In this document: piece by piece, positions 54,076-63,909 of the stretch | How positions within the stretch are numbered: the first letter of the stretch is position 1 | How the letters are laid out: each line of letters starts with the position of its first letter | Source: Clostridia bacterium | Lineage (GTDB): Bacteria; Bacillota; Clostridia; Christensenellales; UBA3700 | DNA: 64,000 bases | Assembly: GCA_029061605.1 (NCBI GenBank) | Contig: JAIDRT010000011.1 | Location: 43,374-107,373, forward strand | Direction: 5' to 3' | Program-made: the position numbers and the translations under genes | The notes under the pieces: model-generated | The model's input: only the letters and a program-made list of their open reading frames with translations | Told to the model about the DNA's origin: nothing | Databases searched by the model: none

Positions 54076-54353
54076 TATATTCCCTCCATATTTTTTAAGT
54101 TCAAGAGTAGTATTGCCATTACTCAAATTTTTTATCACGGAAAATTCGTTAATTTTTTTGCAATCGCTTGTCTTCCTTAAGGCAGGTAAACTCTTTTTAA
54201 TTATATTTTCTCGGCTCAACCTCGAATAATATCAAATTATGTAAAAATTTTGTATATGATTTTACCCAAACCACCCCAAAAACACTTTTTATTTGTCGCA
54301 AATAGTGATAGAATAAAAGCAATAAAAGTCATTATTAAGTCTAAGGAGTGTTT

Positions 54354-55178
54354 ATGGACAAACAAAAGTTGGAATATCTCCAATCCAAAGCGCTTGACGT
54401 GCGCAAAATCGCCGTTGAGATGATTGGAAGATTGGGCGTGGGACATATCGGCGGCACGTTGAGCATAGTCGACCTTCTCGCCGTATTATATTACGACCTT
54501 GCAAAAGTAGACCCCAAAAATCCTAAAGATCCCAACAGGGACAGAATTGTTATGAGCAAAGGTCACGCAGGACCGGCGCTTTATAGCGTACTTGCCGAAA
54601 AAGGCTACTTCCCAATGGAAGAAATCAAGACCCTCAACCAATCGGGCACAAATCTCCCCTCGCACTGTGATATGAACAAGACAGTCGGCATAGATATGAC
54701 GGCAGGTTCGCTCGGTCAAGGCTTGAGTTGTGCGGTAGGTATGGCTCTCGCAGGCAAAATCGACAAAAAGGATTACAAGGTATTCTGCATACTCGGCGAC
54801 GGCGAATCGCAGGAAGGTCAGGTATGGGAGGCGCTTATGTACGCAGGCAATATGCGACTTGGCAATCTCGTCATCTTCATTGACAACAACGGTATGCAAA
54901 TCGACGGTATGACAGCAGATATCAACGCAATTGAGCCGCTTGAAGAGAAAGGCAACGCATTCAACTTGCATACTCAAAGAATAAACGGTCACGATATAGA
55001 GGCTATCGAAAACGCAATCAACACTGCTCTTTCTATCAAGGACAAGACCTCTCTTATTATCCTCGACACCGTCAAAGGCTACGGCGTAGACTGGGTATCG
55101 AGCAAGGGCGCAGGCTGTCACTCAATGTCTATCACTGAAGAACAGTGGCGCGAATTCTGCGGCAAGGAGGACGAGTAA
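54354..55178 (+). CDS. Transketolase, N-terminal (TPP-binding) subunit
   Basis: AAGGAG lies 5 nt before ATG 54354. Motifs are GHIGGTLS, SKGHAGPALY and GDGESQEGQVWEA. Confidence 0.92.
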   Translation: MDKQKLEYLQSKALDVRKIAVEMIGRLGVGHIGGTLSIVDLLAVLYYDLAKVDPKNPKDPNRDRIVMSKGHAGPALYSVLAEKGYFPMEEIKTLNQSGTNLPSHCDMNKTVGIDMTAGSLGQGLSCAVGMALAGKIDKKDYKVFCILGDGESQEGQVWEALMYAGNMRLGNLVIFIDNNGMQIDGMTADINAIEPLEEKGNAFNLHTQRINGHDIEAIENAINTALSIKDKTSLIILDTVKGYGVDWVSSKGAGCHSMSITEEQWREFCGKEDE

Positions 55179-55179
55179 T

Positions 55180-56121
55180 ATGCAAGATATGTTGGAAATG
55201 AGAGAAGTATACTGCAATTGTCTAATAGAAGAGGCTAAGACCAACGACAAAATCGTAGTCGTCGAGGCCGACCTTATGAACTGCATCAAGACAGGTCCGT
55301 TCAAGAAAGCCTACCCCAACAGATTTTTCAACGTGGGTATCGCAGAGGCAAATATGGTGGGCGTGTCGGCAGGTCTTGCCACCTGCGGCAAAATCCCATT
55401 CTGCTCTTCTTTCGGCACTTTTGCCACAAGAAGATGCTATGACCAAGTATTTATCAGCGTAGCGTATAGCAAGCAAAACGTCAAAATCGTAGGCACCGAT
55501 CCCGGTATCTGCGCAGAAATCAACGGCGGCACTCATATGCCTTTTGAGGATATGGGTATTATGCGCGGCATACCTAATATGCTTTGCGTAGAGCCGACAG
55601 ATGCAACAATGCTCAAGTCGCTTATGCCGCAAATCATTGCTTATGACGGCGCAACGTATATAAGATTGCAACGCAAAAAGGCGGAGACTGTATATCAAGA
55701 GGGAGAGAAATTTGACCTTCTCAAAGCAAAGACTGTCATACCCGGCAAAGACGCGACTATTATTGCATCAGGAATTATGGTAAGCAAAGCAATTGAGGCA
55801 AGCAAAATATTCAAAGGTATGGGAATGAGCGTAGGCGTACTCAACGTCTTCACTTGGAAACCTATTGACGAAGAGGCAATCGTCAAAGCCTGCAAGACCA
55901 CAGGCGCAATCGTTGTGGCTGAGAATCACAATTTCCGCAACGGACTTTATTCCGCTGTCGCAGAAGTCGTCGTCAACAACTGCCCTGTACCAATGGAAAG
56001 CGTAGGCGTACAGGACGAATTCGGAGAAGTTGGCAAAATGCCATACCTTGCTCAAAAGTTCCACTTGACTGTTGACGATATCGTGCAAAAGACTTTGAAA
56101 GCAATCAAACGCAAAAAGTAA
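55180..56121 (+). CDS. Transketolase, C-terminal (pyrimidine-binding) subunit
   Basis: It starts 1 nt after the upstream stop. Motifs are FNVGIAEANMVGVSAGLA and PFEDMGIMRGIPNM. Confidence 0.92.
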   Translation: MQDMLEMREVYCNCLIEEAKTNDKIVVVEADLMNCIKTGPFKKAYPNRFFNVGIAEANMVGVSAGLATCGKIPFCSSFGTFATRRCYDQVFISVAYSKQNVKIVGTDPGICAEINGGTHMPFEDMGIMRGIPNMLCVEPTDATMLKSLMPQIIAYDGATYIRLQRKKAETVYQEGEKFDLLKAKTVIPGKDATIIASGIMVSKAIEASKIFKGMGMSVGVLNVFTWKPIDEEAIVKACKTTGAIVVAENHNFRNGLYSAVAEVVVNNCPVPMESVGVQDEFGEVGKMPYLAQKFHLTVDDIVQKTLKAIKRKK

Positions 56122-56135
56122 TTTATTCTAAATGC

Positions 56136-56167
56136 AAAAACGGAAGTTCAACAACTTCCGTTTTTTT
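56136..56167. terminator. Bidirectional rho-independent terminator
   Basis: AAAAACGGAAGTT-CAAC-AACTTCCGTTTTTTT lies between convergent genes. Confidence 0.85.
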
Positions 56168-56187
56168 ATTACTTTCATCTTGAATAA

Positions 56188-56598
56188 TCACAAGGACATT
56201 CGCATCCAAATATGTTCGCACCCCTCGTCGTAATCAACTTCGCCAAAAGAAACGTAGCCTTGCTTTTGATAAAAACCCTCTGCGCGTTTTTGAGCGTGGA
56301 TTCTTATCTCTTTTGCGCCCAAATCTTCTATCTGACGTCTTGCAAATTCAAGTAATTTTCCCCCAAGACCGCTGCCCCTATATTCTTTAATTACAGCAAT
56401 GCGACCTATCAAATAATATCCGTCTTGACAAAAGTATCTGCAAGTCGCAATTGCCCTGCCGCCGTCAAATGCAACTACGTGCGTAGCGTAATTGTCCACA
56501 TTGTCAAACTCTTCTTCAAAGCCTTGCTCTTTGACAAAAACTTCTATGCGAATATCTTTTGCCTCGCTAGGCAATCTGTCGTACGTCTTGAATTCCAT
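56188..56598 (-). CDS. GNAT family N-acetyltransferase
   Basis: 136 aa. The acetyl-CoA motif RGSGLGGKLLEFA is present. Confidence 0.85.
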   Translation of the reverse strand: MEFKTYDRLPSEAKDIRIEVFVKEQGFEEEFDNVDNYATHVVAFDGGRAIATCRYFCQDGYYLIGRIAVIKEYRGSGLGGKLLEFARRQIEDLGAKEIRIHAQKRAEGFYQKQGYVSFGEVDYDEGCEHIWMRMSL

Positions 56599-56652
56599 AT
56601 CAATATTGTATATTATTTATATGGAATTTGCAACGAAAAATCTACCTCTTAC

Positions 56653-56680
56653 GTCATTTCGAGCGTAGTCGAGAAATCTA
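56653..56680. repeat. REP-like unit overlapping a stop codon
   Basis: The CTA (56678-56680) of GTCATTTCGAGCGTAGTCGAGAAATCTA is the TAG stop of the 56678..57583 gene. Confidence 0.8.
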
Positions 56681-57583
56681 AATAATCGTCGTCGTCAAAG
56701 TTGCGCCAGACACAGCCGACTGATACATCATCCAATATCCCCTGCCGCCTTTCTCTATCTCCATCCACTGTCTGCAATCGCTGCTGTTTTGCGGAGGATT
56801 GGAATCGTCCTTATCTGGCACGCCGTAACAAATAATATCTGGCACGCCGTCGTTTTCTATCACACCTACGACGTAATAGCCGTCTCCCTCAATAGGCACT
56901 CTTACCCACTTGCTTGATGGAATAAGCAACGTCAATTCTTCGTCGCTTTCGTGAGCGTCAAAAAGTTGACTTAAGTTGTTTTCTATCTTTTTATAAAACG
57001 GCTCTGCCGTCTTAGTTTTGCTTACCTTTTTGTTTTGTGTGACTTGCTCTGACTTCTCTTCCTTCGTCTCGACAATTTCTTGGATAACTTGCATAGGTAT
57101 ATCTTGCTCGACAGCAATCTGCTCTGTCGCAATTACTTCGTCTGCGCGCTCTTCTTCAACAGCCAAAGGCTCTATATGCGTCTGCTCAATCGTCTGCGGC
57201 TCAACTACTTCTCTCCTATCTATAGGATTCTCAACCGCCTGAGCAAGACCTGCAAAATATCTGTGTATATCTATCATTATAGCGTTTGGCGAAAATCTTC
57301 CCTTATTGCTACCCATACACACGATACTGCCGTCTGATACTACGACGATTTGAATGGTCTTGTTGAGGTCATAAAGCGCATTGAACGTATGCTCGCCGTC
57401 AAAAAGATTTCCGCAATACATAATATTGTCTCCGCTCTTTATGCAAATCACACCTTTGCCGTCGAGTCCCAAAATTCTTACAAAGCAACTTGTCCTACCT
57501 GCAAAATTTTCAAACTTGACAATACCTGAGCAATTACTCTTGCCGTGCTCAGTCATTATAATTATCTTTTTCAAAATTACCAT
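56678..57583 (-). CDS. Hypothetical protein (301 aa)
   Basis: GGAGG lies 6 nt before ATG 57583. There is an acidic/Q-rich central linker. The C-terminal segment is GYYVVGVIENDGVPDIICYGVPD...GYWMMYQSA. I can name no family. Confidence 0.65.
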   Translation of the reverse strand: MVILKKIIIMTEHGKSNCSGIVKFENFAGRTSCFVRILGLDGKGVICIKSGDNIMYCGNLFDGEHTFNALYDLNKTIQIVVVSDGSIVCMGSNKGRFSPNAIMIDIHRYFAGLAQAVENPIDRREVVEPQTIEQTHIEPLAVEEERADEVIATEQIAVEQDIPMQVIQEIVETKEEKSEQVTQNKKVSKTKTAEPFYKKIENNLSQLFDAHESDEELTLLIPSSKWVRVPIEGDGYYVVGVIENDGVPDIICYGVPDKDDSNPPQNSSDCRQWMEIEKGGRGYWMMYQSAVSGATLTTTII

Positions 57584-57641
57584 ATTCTACCTCCGTACAC
57601 GATAACTTATGCGGAGAAAATATGAATTATGCTAAAAAATA

Positions 57642-58619
57642 TCAATCGTCAAAACACCAGTAAGTTTCGCCGTCAAACCCCAACTCTTTAAGTATCTTGA
57701 CAGCGTATAAATAATTTTCGTAAATATAATCGGGCACGTCCTCTCGCTTAGGCGCGTAAATTTCGCAATAAGAGGGATGCCAATGCGCATCTCTAATTCC
57801 ATAATCGTTAGGTCCTTTCAATTTTTCTCTATTGACTATAAAATCGTTGTCGTCCAAATCAATAATATAAGAGTCGTTGTCTCCGTCTTGCATTTTATAA
57901 CACATAACGCCATAATTGATTTTATAATGCTTAAACGAAACTAATTGATATTGATTCAAAAATGCAGGGAATTTAATATGGTGTATTGATATGCACTTGT
58001 TTTTGCAGTCATCACAGTCTTTATTTTTACACTTATACAAGTCCGTAACGCCGTAGTTGTACATATTCACGTCAATTATTTCCAACTTTTTACCTAAAAG
58101 ACACTCGCCGAGATGACCGACTTTTTCGTGAATATCCGACGGCTTTTGCGGAGCAATCGCCGTAGCCTTAAAAATTTTATAGTAGACGAATTTGCCGTCA
58201 ATTAAAGTTCCCGATTTGCTATTATATACGTAACCGTCACTGTATTGTTTATTATAAAACTTAATAAGCGTTAAAGCGTCTTCAAACGTCTTCGTAATAA
58301 ACGACCTTTCCTCAGGAAAACCGTCGTCCGTAATTATATTTATCTCAAATACGCAATCGTCAGACGGTCGCATAAAATCTTCATAATATCTAGTATGCAA
58401 TTCAATAAGTTTTTTCGCGTGAAAACCTACGTCTTTATCTTCAATACAATTTGCCGCTTCTTGCAAAAGTGCAATCTTCTCGTCATAATTTCGTGAATAA
58501 TCGTTTATGATCACAAGCAAGTCTTTCTCTTTGAATTTAAACTTGCTTGCCTTTAAAAATTCTTTTAAAGTAATTGAGGGTATCAATTTAATAACTTTAT
58601 TATAAAACTTTTTATCCAT
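57642..58619 (-). CDS. Hypothetical protein (325 aa), AT-rich gene
   Basis: It starts 4 nt after the rsmA stop. It has a Cys cluster (CKNKDCDDCKNKC) and no recognisable domain. Confidence 0.6.
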   Translation of the reverse strand: MDKKFYNKVIKLIPSITLKEFLKASKFKFKEKDLLVIINDYSRNYDEKIALLQEAANCIEDKDVGFHAKKLIELHTRYYEDFMRPSDDCVFEINIITDDGFPEERSFITKTFEDALTLIKFYNKQYSDGYVYNSKSGTLIDGKFVYYKIFKATAIAPQKPSDIHEKVGHLGECLLGKKLEIIDVNMYNYGVTDLYKCKNKDCDDCKNKCISIHHIKFPAFLNQYQLVSFKHYKINYGVMCYKMQDGDNDSYIIDLDDNDFIVNREKLKGPNDYGIRDAHWHPSYCEIYAPKREDVPDYIYENYLYAVKILKELGFDGETYWCFDD

Positions 58620-58623
58620 AATT

Positions 58624-59454
58624 CTATCCTAATAGCAATTCGCTCAACTTAATAAACTGGTCTATATCCAACACTTCGCCGCGTATTCTCTCGTCAAGTC
58701 CCATATCGTTTAACGCTTTTTGCGCTAATTCTCTGCTCACGCCTAGACCGCTCATAAGATTGTTGACAAGCGTCTTTCTGCGCATTGCAAAAGCGCACTT
58801 GATGACTTTCTTGACTTTGGCTTTGTCCACGTGCGAGTACTTATCGTCAAGGTCAATACGCACGATACAACTATCCACGTTGGGTTGAGGCGTAAACATA
58901 TATCTTGGCACGTCGCGCATTATCTTGGCTTTGCCTTCCAATGCTATGGCAAGCGTAATTACGCCGTAATCTCCGTCAGTCGCCGTTGACGTGAGACGCA
59001 CCCCCACTTCTTTTTGTATCATTACGGTTATGCTCTTGGGACGGCGCGCTCTCTCCAAAAATCTCATTATAATAGGCGTAGTAATGTAATAAGGCAAATT
59101 GGCAACTACCTTATAATCTTTGCCGCCCAAAAGTTCGTCCAACTCGTCATCGCTTACCTTTTGGATATCTCTGAAGACAACTTCGACTTTGTCTTCCAAG
59201 CCTTTGAGCGTCTGCCCCAATATCGGCACTAGATTGCGGTCTATCTCAAATGCAAGCACCTTGCCAGCGGCAGATGTGAGTTCTCTCGTGAGCGTACCTG
59301 CGCCCGCGCCTATCTCAACAACAATATCGTCTTGATTAACGCCGCTGTCCTTTACCATAGCCTGCAAAAGATTGGTATCGGTAATGAAGTTCTGCCCAAA
59401 CTGCTTGTTAAATCTAAAGTTGTGGTCTTGTAAAATTTGTTTTATATCGCTCAT
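58624..59454 (-). CDS. rsmA: 16S rRNA (adenine1518/1519-N6)-dimethyltransferase RsmA/KsgA
   Basis: Motifs are KQFGQNFI, the SAM motif VVEIGAGAGTLT and NLPYYITTPI. The start is ATG 59454 (the track uses TTG 59463). Confidence 0.92.
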   Translation of the reverse strand: MSDIKQILQDHNFRFNKQFGQNFITDTNLLQAMVKDSGVNQDDIVVEIGAGAGTLTRELTSAAGKVLAFEIDRNLVPILGQTLKGLEDKVEVVFRDIQKVSDDELDELLGGKDYKVVANLPYYITTPIIMRFLERARRPKSITVMIQKEVGVRLTSTATDGDYGVITLAIALEGKAKIMRDVPRYMFTPQPNVDSCIVRIDLDDKYSHVDKAKVKKVIKCAFAMRRKTLVNNLMSGLGVSRELAQKALNDMGLDERIRGEVLDIDQFIKLSELLLG

Positions 59455-59463
59455 CTTTTCCAA

Positions 59464-59976
59464 TTAGTTTTTACTTAATGACATTTCTTTTATTTCGTAT
59501 TCTTCAAAAATTTCGATAATGCGGTCTACTCCCATAATGCCGACCATTTTAAGATAGTTAATTTTCCCAAAAATTCCTGCGTCGGCTAAGCAATTGAAAT
59601 TTACGGTAACGGTTGCCTTGCTGTTTTTACCGCTTTTGACAGAATACCCTATTATTTCTGCCCACTCAACGAAGAAAAAGGAATTGTTGCCTTTACTTGT
59701 AAAATAAATACCGTTTTCCGTAACGGTAAATATTAAGTTGGGCACATCCCATTTAAGAGAGGTCTTTCTAATCACAATTGCCGAGCAAATAAAAAAAGCA
59801 ATTGCTATAACTATGACTGACCCACCAATAATCAAAGTAGTTTCACTACTATCCGATGACGCCGATAATATAACACCTATAAGCGAACCTACCATAAGAA
59901 TAAGGCAACTATAAATCAACAACGCACATTTATATCCGCTAGTCTTGCTTTTCCACAGCGTCTTATCACTGTTCAT
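59464..59976 (-). CDS. Hypothetical membrane protein (170 aa)
   Basis: Two N-terminal TM helices are followed by a ~90-aa soluble domain. Its stop abuts the rsmA start region. Confidence 0.6.
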   Translation of the reverse strand: MNSDKTLWKSKTSGYKCALLIYSCLILMVGSLIGVILSASSDSSETTLIIGGSVIVIAIAFFICSAIVIRKTSLKWDVPNLIFTVTENGIYFTSKGNNSFFFVEWAEIIGYSVKSGKNSKATVTVNFNCLADAGIFGKINYLKMVGIMGVDRIIEIFEEYEIKEMSLSKN

Positions 59977-60006
59977 AACTCACTCTCCTATTTGTTTTGA
60001 TACTAA

Positions 60007-60092
60007 GAGGTCTCTATCCGATTATTAAAGAATAGTTAATTGATAACAAGGATTGAGATTTCTCCATTCTGCTACGCTACAATCAAAATAAC
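60007..60092. repeat. REP-like units
   Basis: Units are GAGGTCTCTATCCG (60007-60020) and GGATTGAGATTTCTCCATTCTGCTACGCTACAATCAAAATAAC (60050-60092). Confidence 0.7.
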
Positions 60093-60101
60093 ATTAAATA
60101 A

Positions 60102-60698
60102 TTATAATAATTCTCTCACTCGCAACTTTGCGCCGACAGACTTTGCAATATCTCTTGCCTTGACTATCTCTTCTTTGCCTATCACGTCAACTACACTTAA
60201 TACCACGTTTGCGCCGTGATTTACGCACTTCTTGGCAAAGTCAAGCATAATGTCAAATGCTCGCTCGCCAAAGTCGCTGTGACATATCTTGTTGTACTTG
60301 ACAGCGTCGGTAGCGTTGAGCGAAATATTGATAGTATCTATACATTTAGATATTCTCGGCGTGATATCCTGCCCGAGTATCTCATTTGCCTGACCGTTGG
60401 TATTTATTCTCGTCACTCCGCCTTTGGAATGGACGTAATCGCATATCTTCTCTATTGCGTCAAATCTATACGTAGGCTCGCCGTAACCGCAAAATACCAC
60501 TTCGCCGTAATCTTTGAGATTATAATCTCTCTCAAGAATCTCAATGACGGTATCTGCGCTAGGCTCGTCCTTTATCCACAAGTCTCCGTATATAGGCTTG
60601 TCATAATACCTCACGCAAAACTCACAGCGATTGGAGCAGCGATTGGTCAAATTGATATATATATTGTTGTCTACTGTATAAACGTACCTGTTTTGCAT
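60102..60698 (-). CDS. Radical SAM protein, TatD-associated family
   Basis: A CxxxCxxC cluster (CSNRCEFC) lies near the N-terminus. The start is ATG 60698, after GAGGT. It lies directly downstream of tatD, as described for the TatD-associated radical SAM family. Confidence 0.8.
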   Translation of the reverse strand: MQNRYVYTVDNNIYINLTNRCSNRCEFCVRYYDKPIYGDLWIKDEPSADTVIEILERDYNLKDYGEVVFCGYGEPTYRFDAIEKICDYVHSKGGVTRINTNGQANEILGQDITPRISKCIDTINISLNATDAVKYNKICHSDFGERAFDIMLDFAKKCVNHGANVVLSVVDVIGKEEIVKARDIAKSVGAKLRVRELL

Positions 60699-60708
60699 AT
60701 TCAATACC

Positions 60709-61482
60709 TCACTTGTCGTATTTGAAAAACAATGCTTTTGTATTTGCATAAGTCAGTCGCTCAATCTCTTGCCTATCCATACCCTTTACCTCAGCAATCT
60801 TATCTGCAACCAAATTGACGTACTTTGGCTCGTTGGGCTGTCCTCTAAAAGGCACAGGCGTCATATACGGACTGTCCGTCTCCACCAAAAGTCTATCATT
60901 TGGAATTGCCTTAATTACGTCGTCTTTCTTTGCGTTTTTAAAAGTTATCGCTCCGCCAAGAGCGTAATAGCAACCGTATTTATTAAACTGCTTTATCATC
61001 TCAACGCTACCCGAATAGCAGTGCAACAAAACTCCGTGATTCAACTTATCCTTATGCGCGTCTAATATATCTACAGCGTCGCCGTAAGCGTCGCGGATAT
61101 GCAAGACTATTGGCAATCCTACTTTGTCGGCAAGGACTATCTGTCTTGCAAAGACGTCGCGTTGAACGTCTCTTTCGGACTTGTCGTAATAATAATCCAA
61201 TCCTATCTCGCCTATAGCAAGGACCTTTTTGTGACTTGCGTATTGCATATAAAACTCTTCGCACTCGCTGTCGTAGAACTTTGCGTCGTGGGGGTGCGTG
61301 CCTATTATCGCATAGATATTGTCATACTCTTTGGCAAGCGCCAATGCGCTCTTGGACGATTGCAAGTCAAAGCCTACTTCAAAGACGCTCTCCAATCCGT
61401 CATTTGCCAAATTGCGTGATATTTCCCCAACTCTGTCGATTAATCTTTCGTCGCTCAGGTGCGCGTGAGAATCTATTAACAT
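60709..61482 (-). CDS. TatD family metal-dependent hydrolase (DNase)
   Basis: Motifs are MLIDSHAHL, GEIGLDYYY, HIRDA and ETDSPYM. Confidence 0.9.
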   Translation of the reverse strand: MLIDSHAHLSDERLIDRVGEISRNLANDGLESVFEVGFDLQSSKSALALAKEYDNIYAIIGTHPHDAKFYDSECEEFYMQYASHKKVLAIGEIGLDYYYDKSERDVQRDVFARQIVLADKVGLPIVLHIRDAYGDAVDILDAHKDKLNHGVLLHCYSGSVEMIKQFNKYGCYYALGGAITFKNAKKDDVIKAIPNDRLLVETDSPYMTPVPFRGQPNEPKYVNLVADKIAEVKGMDRQEIERLTYANTKALFFKYDK

Positions 61483-61489
61483 ATTCTTC

Positions 61490-63463
61490 TTATCCGACTA
61501 TACTTCCTGCCTTGACAGCCTTGCAAGGAGTAATCAACGCCAAATCGCCGTTCTCATCCTCTGCGCAAAGCACCATACCTTGAGACTCAATACCTCTCAA
61601 CTTGGCAGGCTTTAAGTTGGTAACTACGATTACTTGTCTGCCGACCATATCTTCAGGAGTGTAATACTTGGCGATACCGCTGACAATCGTGCGCGGAGCG
61701 TCTTCGCCCACGTCGATTTGCGAACAGAGCAACTTGTCTGCCTTTTCCACCTTCTTGCACTCAACGACAGTGCCGACTTTGAGTTCTATTTTTGCAAAAT
61801 CTTCTATGCCGATTTGCTGCAACGTAACTGCGTTTTCCACTTTCTCTTTCTCCTTTTTGATTTGCGACTTGGCTTTTCTTCTCTCTTCCTCAAGGATATC
61901 GTCCATTACTTTGAGTTCTTTGGCGACATCTATTCTCTGGAAGAGTTGTTCGCCCTTGTCGACTTTCAATCCGTCAATCTTTGCTCCGAACTTAACAATA
62001 CTGTCAAAATCCGTCAAGCCCTTACCTTCTTTGATACCCAACTTCGCAAATATCTTGACTGGCGTCTGCGTAAGGAACGGCTGAAGTATGACAGAAGTCA
62101 TTCTTATCGTCTCGCAAAGGTTGAAAAGCACTGTCTTGAGCCTCTCTTTTCCCTCTTCGCTCTTGGCAAGTATCCAAGGCGTGCACTCGTCAATATACTT
62201 GTTTGCCCTTTGAATAACCTTGAAGATAGTCTCCAAAGCCTCAGGCGCTCTCATCTCATCCATATACGCCGTGACGGTAGGATACATCTTTTCTGCCAAC
62301 GCTATCAAATCCTTGTCTATATCGTTGCAATCTATGGGTGCAGGAATTACGCCGTCAAAGTATTGCGTTACCATTGCCGTAACTCTCGACACAAGATTGC
62401 CAAGATCGTTGGCAAGGTCGCTGTTGCGGAGTTTGAGGAATATCTCGTTTGTGAAGTTTCCATCCTGTCCGAATGGCACTTCTTTGAGCATATAATATCT
62501 CAAAGCGTCAACTCCGTATCTCTCGCAGAGAATAAATGGGTCAACTATATTGCCCTTTGACTTGCTCATCTTGTCGTTGTTGAACATAAGCCAACCGTGA
62601 CCGTATACCTTCTTTGGCAACGGTATGTCTAGCGCCATAAGAATTGCCGGCCATATGATAGAGTGAAAACGTATTATCTCCTTGCCCATCATATGCACGT
62701 CGGCAGGCCAATACTTCTTGAACAACTCTTCGTCATCACTGCCATAGCCAAGCGCCGTGATATAATTGGTAAGCGCATCTATCCATACGTACACGACGTG
62801 CTTTGGATCGAAAGGAACTTTGACGCCCCAGTCAAAGGAAGTACGCGACACGCAAAGGTCTTGAAGTCCCGGCTTGATAAAGTTGTTGAGCATCTCATTT
62901 TGACGAGTGACAGGCTGCAAAAATTCCTTATCCTCTTCAATGAGTTTTTGAATTCTGTCCTGATATTTGCTCAATTTGAAGAAATAACTCTCTTCTTTTG
63001 TCAATTCCACTTCTCTTCCGCAATCGGGACACTTGCCGTCAACAAGTTGCGTCTTCGTCCAAAAAGCCTCGCAAGGCGTGCAATACCAACCCTCGTAAGC
63101 GCTCTTGTATATGTCCCCCTTGTCATAGAGTTTCTGGAATATATTCTGCACTGCCTTTTCGTGATATTCGTCAGTCGTGCGAATAAACTTGTCATACGAT
63201 ATGTCAAGCAAATCCCAAAGTTTCTTGAGTTCGTCAACAACGCCGTCAATATATTTCTTGACTTCCACGCCGCACGATGCCGCAACCTTTTGAATCTTTT
63301 GTCCGTGCTCGTCCGTACCGGTAAGATAGAATACGTCGTATCCCTGCATACGCTTGTATCTCGCCAAAGCGTCGCAGATGATCGTCGTATAGCAAGTGCC
63401 TATGTGCCACTTACCGCTGGGATAGTAAATAGGTGTAGTGATATAAAACTTTTTTTTCTCCAT
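61490..63463 (-). CDS. metG: Methionine--tRNA ligase with C-terminal tRNA-binding (EMAP/Trbp111-like) domain
   Basis: The start is MEKKKFYITTPIYYPSGKWHIG (HIGH) at ATG 63463, after GAGGAAGG. The KMSKS motif and a Zn knuckle (CPDCG) are present. The C-terminal motifs are KVGTVVECKKVEKADKL...NLKPAKLRGIESQGM. Confidence 0.93.
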   Translation of the reverse strand: MEKKKFYITTPIYYPSGKWHIGTCYTTIICDALARYKRMQGYDVFYLTGTDEHGQKIQKVAASCGVEVKKYIDGVVDELKKLWDLLDISYDKFIRTTDEYHEKAVQNIFQKLYDKGDIYKSAYEGWYCTPCEAFWTKTQLVDGKCPDCGREVELTKEESYFFKLSKYQDRIQKLIEEDKEFLQPVTRQNEMLNNFIKPGLQDLCVSRTSFDWGVKVPFDPKHVVYVWIDALTNYITALGYGSDDEELFKKYWPADVHMMGKEIIRFHSIIWPAILMALDIPLPKKVYGHGWLMFNNDKMSKSKGNIVDPFILCERYGVDALRYYMLKEVPFGQDGNFTNEIFLKLRNSDLANDLGNLVSRVTAMVTQYFDGVIPAPIDCNDIDKDLIALAEKMYPTVTAYMDEMRAPEALETIFKVIQRANKYIDECTPWILAKSEEGKERLKTVLFNLCETIRMTSVILQPFLTQTPVKIFAKLGIKEGKGLTDFDSIVKFGAKIDGLKVDKGEQLFQRIDVAKELKVMDDILEEERRKAKSQIKKEKEKVENAVTLQQIGIEDFAKIELKVGTVVECKKVEKADKLLCSQIDVGEDAPRTIVSGIAKYYTPEDMVGRQVIVVTNLKPAKLRGIESQGMVLCAEDENGDLALITPCKAVKAGSIVG

Positions 63464-63493
63464 ACCAACCTTCCTCAATAATTTTTCTATAAT

Positions 63494-63522
63494 ATTATAC
63501 ATTACGCGCGTAAAAATGTAAA
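63494..63522 (-). promoter_or_regulatory. Promoter of the metG operon
   Basis: The minus strand reads TTTACA (63522-63517), a 17-nt spacer, then TATAAT (63499-63494). The leader is only ~25 nt. Confidence 0.65.
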
Positions 63523-63641
63523 CATAAAAAGACGCATAATTGTAATTCAAATGTTATTTCAACCATAGCGGAGAAATCTATATCTAAATCATCAGTGTGC
63601 CGCTTTTGTATACTCACAATAACTTATTGACTAATTTGCTT

Positions 63642-63679
63642 AAAATAAAAATTCCCCTATCTACTAACGATAAGGGGAA
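63642..63679 (-). terminator. Rho-independent terminator of the small membrane protein gene
   Basis: On the minus strand, TTCCCCTTATCG...GATAGGGGAA is followed by TTTTTATTTT. Confidence 0.7.
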
Positions 63680-63699
63680 ATCAATTAAAATTATCAACT

Positions 63700-63909
63700 T
63701 TAATTTTTTGGCGGTCCAGATATCGCCGGGTCGCACATATTCAGTCCAAGCACTACGCCCAAAACTATCCAAAGCGCTATGCCACAAAACATACTTTGAA
63801 AAAACGCTTTTTTATAATCTTGATTTTTGACGACAAAATAAAGCGCCAGCGCCAACGGCGGCAACAGCACACCTGTCAAAAAACAAAGGTCCTTAAGCGT
63901 CTTGGACAT
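63700..63909 (-). CDS. Small membrane protein (69 aa), unknown function
   Basis: GAGGAGG lies 5 nt before ATG 63909. There are two hydrophobic helices. Confidence 0.55.
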   Translation of the reverse strand: MSKTLKDLCFLTGVLLPPLALALYFVVKNQDYKKAFFQSMFCGIALWIVLGVVLGLNMCDPAISGPPKN

